A stretch of 64,000 nucleotides of DNA from Cirrosporium novae-zelandiae (GCA_026023565.1 JAPETS010000018.1:248001-312000), one strand, 5' to 3'; positions 51,312 to 63,586 are shown, numbered from the stretch's first letter. Numbers and translations: made by a program. Notes: a model not told the origin generated them from the sequence alone.

Positions 51312-53332
51312 TCAAGAATCTACAAGCTTCTCGGCTCCCTCGTAGAATGGAGGCATAGGCTCCAATTTCTGACGGAGGATCTTGGCCTTGAAGAACCATA
51401 CACTGCTACGGATTTGGTAGGCCGCATGCTTGTGAGTTGGAACAGAGAACACTTGGTCCAGTTCTTCAAGAGTAAGAGCCTTGGTTTCCGGAACGAAAAG
51501 CAAGACAAGAAACCATCCAACAATACACCAGGCAGCATACCTATAAATAAATTAGCCATTTGTTGTGCTGTTGTAAGCTGTGATACATACCACCCGAATG
51601 CGCCCTGGGGTTTGAAAGCGGTTAAAAGGTGTGGCCAGGTGAACGACAAGATAAAGTTGAAGCACCACGTCGTTGCTGTTGCCCAAGACATACCGAGCTC
51701 TCGAATATGCAAGGGGAATGCTTCAGCAGAATATGTAAATGGCACTGGTCCTTCGCCGGGAGAGTAGAAGACTTCGAACAGATACATGCCAGTTGTCACC
51801 ATTGCAAGACGTGCCTTGGTCGCGTCGATCCAGAAGGAGAAGCCAGTCCAAAACAAAAATATGGATAAGAATGGAAATGTGACAAGAAGTAGGAAGCGCC
51901 GCCCATACGTATCAATAGTAAAAAAGGCAGGAAGTGCAAAGACCCAGTTCAGGATACCGGTGCCCATGGAAGCCAAAAGAGCGTTGGACAAGCCATAGCC
52001 AGAGTCTGTGAAGATGGTCGTAGAGTAATAAGCGATGACATTAACGCCACAGAATTGTTGCATGAACATGACGATCCAGCTAGCCAGGGTGGCTCGGCGG
52101 TTGCGGGGAATAGTGAAAAGTTCTAGAACAAGGCTTCGCCCAGATGAAACCTTCTTCTCAATCTCAACGTTAACATAGCAGTAGTACAAATCACGAGCTG
52201 CCTGGATGTTTGATGGCCGTAGAACACGGAAGGACTCGAAAGCCTTCCTGACGCGGCCCTTCTTCACGAGCCAACGTGGAGATTCAGGGCAATAGTAGAC
52301 TTGAGCGCACACAATCAGAGGTAGGACGACGGTAGATCCAAGCATGAGACGCCAGTTAAGGTCATTTCCAACATTCATGAAAGCGACACCCATGATGTTA
52401 CCCAGCATGATACCAAAAGCTGTCCACATCTGCCACATCATAACCAATGCGCCTCGAATGGGGGCAGGACTGCATTCCGCCGCATAGACGGGGACGGTAG
52501 TTGATTTTGAACCAATACCCAGTCCAAGGAAGAAACGAGCAAGGAACAAGTTGACCCATGAGTTAGCGACACCCTCCCAAATAGAAGCGACAGCGGCAAT
52601 TAAGCAAGAGATAAAGATTGTACCACGTCGAGCGAAGAGGCGGTTTAATGGCTCTGTGAGCCAGCAACCTAGAATAGCGCAGGCAAGATAAGGTGCTCCA
52701 ACAACGAGGCCCGTGAGATTGTCTTGCATGCTTTGTGAAAAACGGTCACTCTTAATGCCGAGTCTCTGTAAAGCATTCTGTTAATCATACCGAATCCCAC
52801 AGGCTGCTAGGCATTACTTACGACCAGATAGTATGGTTGAGCTCCGTTGTTCACAGTTTCATCCATACCTTGAACTGCAGCGCCCAAGGAACACATTACT
52901 AAGTCATGTTAGCCTTGACCATAGGTATGAAGATTCGGTTTCTTTACCGATTAGCCACCACAACATGAATGGCTGTGACCATTTGTGAGTATGCTCCCGA
53001 TCCAAAGCAGTTCTATCTTCTTCGGTAAGGATATCGAGAGAGTGGATACTATGAGGATTCTGCGACACAAGAGCACCCTTTCGGAAGTCTTCGACGTGAT
53101 CCATCAAGTCGAACTTTTCACAAAAGGCTTCGACATCTGCGAATAGCTGTTCTCGCGATACACCAGCAAGAGGGTTTTCGAACATGGCATTGAGATGAGC
53201 ACGCGAGGCGTGCTCAACATCAACATCGGTAACATGTTCTTTGGTGGAAGGAATCTCAATCTGCTCATCGCTGCCGTGAGAGACGTCGGATTCGACGCCA
53301 TCAGTCTTTCTCTCGTGTTTCTCGGGCTCCAT
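51312..53332 (-). CDS. MFS sugar porter (polyol/myo-inositol transporter-like)
   Basis: MCSLGAAVQGMDET; ARRG; VPVYAAECSPAPIRGALVMMWQMWTAFGIMLG; PESPRWL; QQFCGVNVIAYY; IDTYGRR; PETKALTLEELDQVF; three introns. Confidence 0.95.
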
Positions 53333-56300
53333 GGTGAATTTATGGGGATCTAATCAATTGTTGTGATACTAAAGTACGGGAACAAAACTCATGAGGACTA
53401 GAACAAAAAAGATTATAGGGAGAAAAGGGCGCAGTCGGTGAGTGGTGTTGGACTCGAACCGACAGTGTTGCTACACCTACATGGGAGGGGAAGCAATTGG
53501 GTTTTGTAGAGGGTTGGTTTATACTTCTCCACCCAGAGGACCTCCGCATTCAATTCATTAATCTACTGCAAATTTCTCCCCCTCCATTTCGGCGAAGGAA
53601 CGATCAAGGAGTAAGATTCTGTCATAGAGAGACTATGGTAGGGAGTGGGGCACGTTTTTAGAGCACGTTCTGGGAGGCGTTTCTCAAAAACATTGAACGG
53701 ATTGATAGGATTGGGGGGGTGTTACCATCCGTGTTGCCATTGTCTAGCAGACTGGGGTTGAGCGATAATAGTCAATGGCGATATCCCCATGTTTTAAGCC
53801 GGTTAGGGCAAGGATCTTCTTAGGAATGCCAAGAGATGTCCTTTAGTGCCAATTGTTGCCAATAACGCCAATGTACACTGAAGACGGGAAAGGCGTCTCC
53901 AAGGTGTCTTGGTACCTCCAAGGCGTCTTTGAGCAATCAGAAAATGTGAAAAGGCCAAGGAGGCTATAGGAGAAAATTCTCTGCCTATGACGTTGATCCT
54001 GGTAAATGGTTGCGGTAGGCGTTTCTTCCACCATGTTTAGCTTCAAGCCACACCTGACATTACCGAGCCCTTCATCCGTCCAACCCGTTTTCAGTCAATA
54101 TCTACAACATATGAATGGAGTCGGATGAAGTCGAATGGCCTCGTGGACTGCCTTGATCTTCATCCGGATAATTGTTCAATCTGGGTAACTCAAACATGAT
54201 TTTTATCTCACCTAAGCTTCAAGGTTATGTTAGAAAAATCCTTAAAACGTATGGCTGTTTACAAACCGTTCGCAAATTATTTCCAACAATAGTTCAAGAC
54301 CCTTGGGTGCCTTGGGATGATTTGGTTTTTCACCTGCAGAAGCGGCTCCTTACCCAAGTTGTTTCAGACTTTGCACCTATCTAATCCATTGACCGATTAC
54401 GACACCGTAGACACTCAGCCATCGGATTGTGGTACCCCAGTACAAGGCGTTAACAAGGATTATCCGCAGCCTGGGCACACCGTCCACCTCAGGCTATTCA
54501 ACTCCTAAATGGTAAGTCGAAGCTGGAAGGATTCATACCCTAGTGTCGCGATTAAACCTCGGAGGCAAAAAGCATTATTCGCCCTTCTTTATCCCGCATG
54601 TGCATTTGTTGCGCACTGGATGCGATATGGAGGGTGGGCCATGCAAGATTGACTAAGATTCGACGACTTTAACAAGACGCTTCTCCGCTATGCCTCTTTT
54701 TACCTTTCAACTTTTCGTGGGGTTATGCGGAGAGGTTCTGATCCACCTTGGGGGAACGCTAACCCAGCAATCCCTGTCTCCACCCTGACAAGCGGAATCC
54801 AACGCCCAGTAATAATCACCCTTGCTGTCTAATCTGACCCATCCATTATCTTGACATTCTTGCCTTATCACCTCCAACTCTATCCGAAGTCTACCTAAAT
54901 AATTAGCATCTGAGCTGACTGGCGAGTCAAATCGCCTTCCTATCTGGTCCAGCGTTGCTTTCCGCACTGTCTGGTGGTGGAGAGGATTCAGAGGAAACTC
55001 AAACTCAAGAAGCTACATTGCTGTCGCAATAATACAACTTCAGGTTTTGCTCCGGGAATAGCACCGAATTTCTCTTAGTAAGTGATATGCACACCTGAGA
55101 CTAATGGACATTGCACCAGATTGGTCTTAATCAAGGCGAACCGTTCTTGTTCGAAGTTTTCAGAATCTGACTAGATAGGTCAATAACCCTATCAATTTAT
55201 CTTGGCCCAAACTGACTCAATGTCGCTGTTGGGAAGCAAGGCCTACCGTCGGTGTGGGCTGTATATTTGACAGTCTCAGGCGTGCCAAGCAAGGATTGCA
55301 CAATATTGTTCAAGGTAGAAATGTCAGCCATCAAGCTCTAGCGCATCCGCACAAACCGGCTAACCAACGACAGCCATTGCTGCGCTTTCATATTTGCTGT
55401 CATTATACATGCACTGGGCGCTTAGTCGTATTCACTCAAAAGTGATCAAGATGTAGTGCTATTTGGAAATCCATTCTTCTCGTCCGAGTATTTGCCAGTT
55501 GTTTGGAGGCCAGCTGAACCGGAAAGCAATAGCAAGTAAAGCCCACCCATTCCCTTACCATACAATGCCTGTGATGAAATCTTTGATGTTTCAGTCAGGA
55601 GATCAATGATAATTGAGAACAACATTGTCAAAGTTCAGACCGATGGTTGATTTATCAACCTCACAGGTCCTTTGCAAATGGCCTGATCAGATATCCCTTA
55701 ATTAATCCGTGTTGTTATTAGAATCCTTCTTTTCAATTTCCCCCGTTCCATGTAAAGGTCGCAATGTGTAGCCTTTTAAATGGAAAATAATCCGCCGTCA
55801 AATATCGGTGAAGCTACTTGACCTGCTTTCCTGAGAGAATGTCATCAAGAATATTGGAATGACCTTCCACGTCCCTAGGTGGTCAGCGAGGTTCATCCAA
55901 CGCAAACGACTTATTCCAGAGATATGTTGGTTGCATATTTGTTGCGAAGAGAGTAAACATAGTCAAATGAGACGGACAAGCAGACCGAAACTGGGCTCCA
56001 GTTGTTGGGAGATGTACTGAATTTATGGACAGCTCGACCGACTTTCAACAATGCTTGGTCTTACAGTTAGCACCCCTTGGCGGATTCTAGGTAAAATCAA
56101 ATCCATATCAATATTGGATCAAGACTTTGCCAAGCCCCTTCAAGCTCAGCCACCATAGAATTCACCTTCAGAATCTCTGGACCTCCGCTCGACCGGGGCT
56201 TGGTATGTTCAGCGGGGTGGTGGCGGGACTTGGGGAGGAATAAATATCAGCGGGAATGTGGACAACCCGATTTTGAACAAACTTTGATACCGGTTATCTT

Positions 56301-56982
56301 CCACTGTTTATTGTTGATCATAATTGCTTTCTTAGCAATAGGGACCACAAATGCGAGCCATCATAGGAGGTCATAGCCTGGATCTGGACAGGATTGATCA
56401 AGAGAAAGGCATCTAGGCGGGGAAGACAGGATTCTCTCTCTTGATTTTGGCGCTCTATTATCTTTGCAATAGCTAATCAACCCGATAATCAGAGAATATT
56501 CAAGGGAACATATTGCTCAAATTATTTCATGCAGAATACTGTTTCCCGATATTGACATCGTGTTGGATGAGGGGTTATGGCAACTCAATACTCAGAACTC
56601 ATCATGAGAATAGTTCTTGATAGAACATAATTCCTAGAGAATTCATACATGTCACAAAGGCCAATTGCTGCCATGACCCATCACCAAGGATTTTCAAATG
56701 GTGTTGCGTACTCTTGACGTGATGGAAGAGGCGGATAACGAGAAAATAGCCGTTGCGTCAGAAGGCTCCAAATCTGGGGGCGGCCACCAACCAAACTCGG
56801 CATAGCCCCTACCAAACCACCACCTGAAGTGGGCCTTCAACTTCCAGGCACTCAAGGCAAAGCCTTCAAACAGCAAACCAAAACATTGATAGTTAACCAG
56901 CAGCGCACCTTCTTCTATCCTATTCCTACACCAGTTCCTCGTTAAAGCAAAACTATATCTCTTCGCCCAAAGTACAATTGCT

Positions 56983-58773
56983 ATGCCTCGGCCAAAGCGA
57001 ATCAAAGTCGCGTCGTCGCAGCCACCACCATCACGCGTGTCGAAAGCTATAAACCCCTCAGAATCCGCCAAACAGCTTCATAATACCTCAAAAAATACTA
57101 CAGCACGCGTCTTGAAAGAAAGCGACAAGAATTCCCAGAATATAACTGCTACTATGTTGGAAGCGAAGAAGATGGCGCCAAAGGGCGCAAAGAGCAAGAA
57201 CGTTACTAGTAATGTTGTCAAGGGAACCACACGAAGAAAAGCACCTGTAAAACCTACAGAAGACATTAAGAAGGATACAACAAAGAGAAGGGCCACAAGG
57301 GCTACGTCAAAACCTACAAAGAATGCAAAAGCGACCAAGACCCAATTGAAAGGCCAAAAGAAGGCCGGGGAAGAAGTACAGAGGGAAGAAGCGCAGGAGG
57401 AAGCGCAGGAGGAAGTGCAGAAGGGATTGCAGGAGGAATATGTGCAATCAGCAGCCCTGGACGTGATCCAAGTCGCCTCCAGTGATCCTACGCCACCAAA
57501 CACCAGCTCGAACCCCCCACCACAACACCAGAAATCTGAATCATCAAGTGTTATACACCAAACAGACCTTCCCCCCAGAACTAGAATCCAAGAGACACCA
57601 ACTCGCGAAACTTCCATCCTTGCACTCACAAACTTCAGGCGACGGCCTCGCCAGCCTAGTATTTTATCTCTGAACCAAGACGACGATTCACAAAATATAA
57701 CCGCTTCTACAGATGAGCTAGATGCTGCGCTAGAGAAAGACTTGGAACGCGATCTTGATCTCGATATGGATGATGAACCATTTGAGCCAGAGGATGAATC
57801 CACACCGTTAAATCTAGCGAAGGGAAGACGTTCACAATCAAGAATTGCTACTAGATTTACACCATTGAGCACCACAAGATCACAATCTCGAGCGGGGTTC
57901 AATGAGCTATATGACTCCACGCCCAAGAAAACCACAAAGACAGTTCAGCCCCCGAGAGACGATGATGAACTTTATGCTTCAACACCCAAGAGAACCCAAA
58001 TAGACCAGCTTCAAACAAGGTTCAATGAATTATACGACTCTACACCTAAGAAAGCCGCTATCACAGTACAACCTGTCAGTAGTCATAATGAGCTATACGA
58101 ATCTACGCCTGACCCAGTTTCCCGTCCGCAACCCGAACAGACTATTACAACGTCCTTCACATCTCCTTTCTCTTCTCCCCTCTCCTCCCTCCCTTCTAGA
58201 TCCCCTTCTGCCTCGCCCGGCTCTCCGTTGGGAAAACGAAAGCGCGCAACAGAAAAGGAAGTTCGGACCCCGTTCAAGAAAACTACGAAAGCACCTCCCC
58301 CGATTACCACAGCTGCGCTTCAGAGGATGCTCCCCCAACGTCGACGTAGAAGACCTCATGCCGGAGACCCATTTACAATTCCTAGTGATAGCGAGAGTTA
58401 TATTGAACAAATGGAGCTAAGAGAGGATGAGGATGAACTAAGTTATATACCCAATCGGACACGCCGAGGCGGTGGAGGTAAAGTTCAGGCCGTAAAGGCG
58501 CCTGCTAAGGCCAAAGCCGCGGCGTCGAAGTCAGCCAAACACAAGACATATGGTGGCCGACGAACATCTGATAAGGAGAACCGAAGACCGAAAAGTAGAC
58601 ATGGCGAGACGGTGGAATCCAGCGACGATGGCTCTGGCGGTGAGATGGCTTCTATTATTAACGCAAGTGAGGAATTACAATATATTGCAGAGAAGTTCAG
58701 GGAGGTCGATCAGTGGTCACTGGATTTTGAGGATATAACGGCTAGTGGAAGCAGTCCGTCAGATGCGCGTTAG
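56983..58773 (+). CDS. Intronless 596-aa disordered basic/acidic nuclear protein, probable Sororin (Sor1) ortholog
   Basis: NLS-like MPRPKRIK; SILALTNFRRRPRQPSIL; KEN box (SDKENR); C-terminal EELQYIAEKFREVDQWSLDFEDIT; many S/T-P sites. The CDS is solid; the orthology is inferred. Confidence 0.75.
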   Translation: MPRPKRIKVASSQPPPSRVSKAINPSESAKQLHNTSKNTTARVLKESDKNSQNITATMLEAKKMAPKGAKSKNVTSNVVKGTTRRKAPVKPTEDIKKDTTKRRATRATSKPTKNAKATKTQLKGQKKAGEEVQREEAQEEAQEEVQKGLQEEYVQSAALDVIQVASSDPTPPNTSSNPPPQHQKSESSSVIHQTDLPPRTRIQETPTRETSILALTNFRRRPRQPSILSLNQDDDSQNITASTDELDAALEKDLERDLDLDMDDEPFEPEDESTPLNLAKGRRSQSRIATRFTPLSTTRSQSRAGFNELYDSTPKKTTKTVQPPRDDDELYASTPKRTQIDQLQTRFNELYDSTPKKAAITVQPVSSHNELYESTPDPVSRPQPEQTITTSFTSPFSSPLSSLPSRSPSASPGSPLGKRKRATEKEVRTPFKKTTKAPPPITTAALQRMLPQRRRRRPHAGDPFTIPSDSESYIEQMELREDEDELSYIPNRTRRGGGGKVQAVKAPAKAKAAASKSAKHKTYGGRRTSDKENRRPKSRHGETVESSDDGSGGEMASIINASEELQYIAEKFREVDQWSLDFEDITASGSSPSDAR

Positions 58774-59236
58774 CGGTGGCAGGAGTTCGTCAGGTGAATA
58801 GGGCGTTAGGTGTTTTACCAGACGCCTGGGGTCGGGAGTCTTAGGAGGTGTTTGCGTTATAGTTTGCTGAATGAGATTAAGTATGAAATTGGCTGGAGAG
58901 GAATAGCAACATTAGGAAAAGCATGTTAGGTAAAAGGAAAGGGTTACCCATGATGAAGGTTGACTTTATTTGGATGGAATGATGAATTAGCATGCCATGA
59001 GATTGACCGCCTTGCCACGAAATAATCAGAAATGTCAGCTATCGCTTGAATCCGAAATATAAAACCTGATTATTTGAGAGGTGCTTTACCATAAATAACT
59101 TAAGACGTGGCTATCGCGCAGCTCACTTGATTGTTGTATGACGAAAGTCAGTTGATGGTTGATGGAGTGATAGGTGTTAGGGATTAGATCTCAGGGGAGC
59201 TGTGGGTTAGAAGCCGTTAGGGTCGTTAAGGAAGGT

Positions 59237-59286
59237 CAAGGGTGGCCAAGGGTGGTCAAGGGTGGTCAAGGGTGGTCAAGGGTGGT
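59237..59286. repeat. 10-bp tandem repeat (CAAGGGTGGT)x5 upstream of PRO1
   Basis: caagggtggc caagggtggt caagggtggt caagggtggt caagggtggt seen directly. Confidence 0.9.
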
Positions 59287-59539
59287 TTAGGGTGACCTAA
59301 AGGGCGTCCAGTAATGAACGGTGAACAATTTTCTAGAAATCTGGGGTGAAGATCCTCATCAAAGAAAAATGATTCACAATGCGACTTTCCTTCAAAATAA
59401 ATATCCCACATCCTCCTCCTCCCTCGACTTGCTAAGGAATAAGAGCTACTCAAGGTTCGTCTATTCCTACTTTTGATTTATTTCTGCATCTTTGTCTTTT
59501 CCCCTTCCTGATCCTATAAGAATAATCCCTTGTTTTCTT

Positions 59540-61169
59540 ATGGCGGGGCATACCAAAACCAGAGGCCACCAGCGCCATCTGACCATTGTCATCAAGCTCG
59601 GTATACCTAGCAATTCCTTCTGTCTTGATTTAATAATCCATTGATCAATTGCTAATATATGCCTTGACCAATCTAGGTACGAGTTCAATCGTCGACGAAA
59701 AGACCCACGAACCCTTATTGTCTATCCTCACCTTGATTGTCGAGACAGCCGTCAAGCTACATAAAGATGGACATAAGGTCATCATCGTTTCGTCGGGGGC
59801 CATTGGGGTGGGGTTGAGGAGGATGGATATGGAGAAAAGGCCGAAGCATTTGCCTCAGGTACAGGTATTAGTCAATAATGTGAGGCGTTTTTAATGTTGA
59901 AAAATTACAACTAATAGTTGGCACTGGTATAGGCTTTGGCAGCAATTGGACAATGCAGGCTCATGAATCTATGGGATAGCTTATTTACACATCTACACCA
60001 ACCCATCGCCCAGATTCTTCTAACACGAAACGACATTGCCGATGTACGCACAATTTCACCTATTCCTCTTCTCCGAAACTAACTTGGCTCAGAGAACCCA
60101 ATACCTGAATGCGCACAACACCCTCTTTGAGCTCCTCCACCTCGGCGTTATTCCCATTGTCAACGAAAATGATACCCTTGCAGTCAGTGAAATAAAATTC
60201 GGTGACAATGACACCCTCTCCGCAATCACAGCCGCCATGGTCCAAGCCGACTACCTTTTCCTCATGACAGATGTCGACTGTCTGTATACCGCAAACCCGC
60301 GCACAAACCCCGACGCCCGTCCTATCGAGGTGGTAGAAGATATCTCTGCACTAGTCGCGGACGTAAGCAGCGCCGGAAGCGCACTAGGAACTGGCGGCAT
60401 GAGCACGAAGATCGTGGCAGCGAGACTAGCAACAAGTGCCGGTGTCACAACCGTAATAACGCGGAGCAGCAATCCCGGAAACATCGTAAACATTGTGAAC
60501 TACCTACAAGAAACAAAAAACCACACTCCAACCTCCGAAAACGGCTCCTGCACACCGGGGACCCCCTCCACCTCAGCTATACCCTCAACCGCAGCCGACC
60601 TCTCCTCCCTCACCCTTTCTGCCACCCTCCCGCAGAAAAAACTTCCCCCACCCCCTCTCCACACCCGCTTCCTCCCGGACCTTCATCCGATCCGCGATCG
60701 CTACTTCTGGCTTCTGCACGGCCTAACCCCCCACGGAATCATTTATATCGATGAAGGCGCCTATTTGGCCCTCTCCAACAAAGCGGGGCTTCTCCCCGTC
60801 GGCGTTGTTTTCGTCTCCGGCCACTTTAGTCAACAAGAAGCAGTCCGACTATTCGTAGTCCCGCGCCTCAATATCGCCGATGCAAATCAGCCGAACGCAG
60901 AGCTATTTGAAAAGATGGATCCCCCGCCGGTGGAAGTGGGTCGGGCGCTGGTGAATTATTCAGCGGGAGAGATTCTACGCATCAAGGGGCTCAGAAGCCA
61001 TGAGATTGAGGGGGCGCTTGGTTATGCTGATTCTGAATATGTGGCGCTGAGAGAAAATATTGCGTTTATCCCTGAGAAGGACCGATCTAGTCGGGCAGGG
61101 ACACCGCCAGTGCCGGTCTCAGGGATGGAGGAGGTGGGGACGGTGAAGGTTATTGCCGCTCAGGTGTAA
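59540..61169 (+). CDS. PRO1: Glutamate 5-kinase with C-terminal PUA domain
   Basis: [87 protein letters not shown]; three introns. Confidence 0.97.
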
Positions 61170-62347
61170 TGCGGCGAGGATAGAGGTTGGGTTTGTTTCT
61201 TGTTCTTGGGCTCTGAGTATGAATGGATATTTTGGCTGGAGCTTATATATGGGCTGGGCTAGATGGTGGGTTGGGTGTAAAATATCTATAAAAGACATGA
61301 TACACGGCCACAATTACATTGACATTGAATTTACCCCTGGAATGTCCTAATTCATATTCAAATTCATCCCATTTTGGTTTATTTTAGCTACGTATTCTAT
61401 TATCTTATCTCCGGTATCAAGGAAACTAGATGAGTAATTAATTACCCAAGATAGATGGATGTAAGCGCTCGGTTGGGCTTAGCGAGGGGCTGTTCCAGCG
61501 CTGTGTATCTGGGACGGCTCCGGTTCCTGGCCAGAAGAGGTTGTGACCTCATTGTCAAGGTCCATGGTTACTGTTAATCAATACTCGAGTACAAAATACA
61601 TTCTCCCACCGGATCGGAGAAACCAAATCTTCCTTGACGTTACACATGGTATCATCCAATCTGACGTCCGGTGGGTAGACTACCTGGTAGGTACCTGGGT
61701 ACATGTAATCAAATCAATCAATCACAATCAATCAGTTCCATCTTAGAAAGTCTTCATATCAACCACCACAGCAGCCACACAGTGTACAGTGTTGGTATGA
61801 ATTAATTACTGACTAAATACTGTATTGATGCTTAACAGAAAACCAGTGGTCAGTGAGCCAGTAGGATGGCCGTCATAAGAAATTAAAGTCGGGTCGGTCG
61901 GGGGAGCTCTGTGATAGGTGATCGTCATCCCACCTCCATCTCCATCTCCCACCACCCCCAGCTTTAGTCAACATGGTCATCCTTCCAACGCAACGACGGG
62001 AACATACCATCTCAAGACCCTGAAGCTATGCAAGATTCATGTCCTACGTGAACCTATACTTTGGTACTAAACAAGTCCAATACCTGCCCACCAAAACGTT
62101 ACACCCACCCCCCCAAGGTAAGGAACGCTTCTAACTGACCATTCAAAACCACAAATAAATAGAAGCTCGTTCCTCAGATTTGTTCTAGCATCTTCCTGAA
62201 TTTGTATTACTCCGATAACATGATCGTGGTGGCAATTTGTTTCAAGCACCAAGCCGGTTTTAATCTATTTTGGCCCTGAACACTTTTCTTATGATCTCAA
62301 AGCTTGCCTGGTTTTATATTAAGACCCTTTGCAGTTTTAATTTCGAT

Positions 62348-63586
62348 ATGCACATTCAACTTGAGAGACACCAATACAACCACCGTCGAGATGTTTGGAA
62401 GGAATCCCCCATTCTTACAGGCTCAACAGCCTTTGAGCCACTGCCAACCATGAAGAATATTCTTGTCACCGGTGGTGCTGGATTCATGTGAGCTCTATCA
62501 CACTCTGCTGGTCCAATGATCCAAACTGACTCCTCATCCAGTGGAAGTTGGATGGCCCGTCACCTAGCCACTGTCTATAAGGACTACTACAACATTATTG
62601 TCCTGGATAATCTAGACTACAACTCGTCTATTAACAATATCCGAGCTCTAGAGGGAGCCAGGAACTTCAAATTTGTCTATGGCGACATTACAAAAACCGA
62701 GGATGTCATGTCATGTCTTCTCAAGTACCACATCGATACTATCCTCCACTTCGCAGCAAAATCATGTGTCGATGACAGCTTTCGCGATGCTTGCCTTTTC
62801 ACGACGGTCAATGTCTTTGGTACACAGGTGCTACTGGACTGCTCCCGGAAGCTAGGCATCACGAAATTCATTCATGTTTCAACTGATGAAGTCTACGGGG
62901 AACCAAATGGAAAGGATAGTCCAGCTATTGAAAGTAGTGTATTATCTCCGACAAATCCATACTCGGCAAGCAAGGCAGCAGCGGAGATGATTGTGAATTC
63001 TTACAAGAAAAGTTTCAACCTTCCTATTATTATCACAAGATGCAACAATGTCTATGGCCCTCATCAGTTCCCTGAAAGTATGTTACTGGGTCACTTGCCT
63101 TGAAATTATCCTAACCAAGATCCAGAGGTTGTTCCGCGGTTTTCCCTACTGCTCCTGAAGAGGAAGAGGGTTCCAGTCATGGGAGACGGCACCCACATAA
63201 GGAACTACCTGTACGCTGGGGATGCCATCAACGCATTTGATACGATCCTCCACAAGGGAATCGTCGGTGAAACCTATAACATTGTAGCAGAAGACGCATC
63301 TTCAACCAGAGGAATTTGTTCCCGCTTACTGAGATCCTTGGGTATATCTTGCGATACAGACTACGACCTCGAAAGCTGGATCAGATATGTTGAAGACCGA
63401 CCATTCAACGACCACCAGTACCTATGCAGCGGACACAAACTAAGAGCCTTGGGGTGGAAGCCACGAACGAAGCTGGATGATGGACTCAGGATTACCATTG
63501 ACTGGTACAAGCGATTTGGAGAACAGTGGTGGGGTACCATTCCCGAAGTAACATATCTGGATGGATGGACGCCCAAGTTCTCATGA
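62348..63586 (+). CDS. NDP(UDP/dTDP)-glucose 4,6-dehydratase (RmlB/TGDS-like extended SDR)
   Basis: KNILVTGGAGFI|GSW; HFAAKSCVDDSF; HVSTDEVYGE; PTNPYSASKAAAE; TRCNNVYGPHQFPE; EDRPFNDHQY; two introns. Confidence 0.94.

Noticed and set aside
51144..51767. 207-aa plus-strand ORF
   Set aside because: Mostly antisense to the sugar porter's 3' exons; no recognisable domain.
45796..53332. Secondary-metabolite biosynthetic cluster
   Set aside because: No PKS, NRPS, terpene synthase or other backbone gene, and the transporter is a sugar porter rather than an efflux pump.
57078..57935. 285-aa antisense ORF
   Set aside because: Mirror frame of the low-complexity 596-aa plus-strand gene; no independent motifs.
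10992..58773. Functional mitotic gene cluster (Cdc27, NudE, Aurora, Sororin-like)
   Set aside because: The genes are interspersed with unrelated housekeeping genes over 48 kb; ordinary synteny is sufficient.
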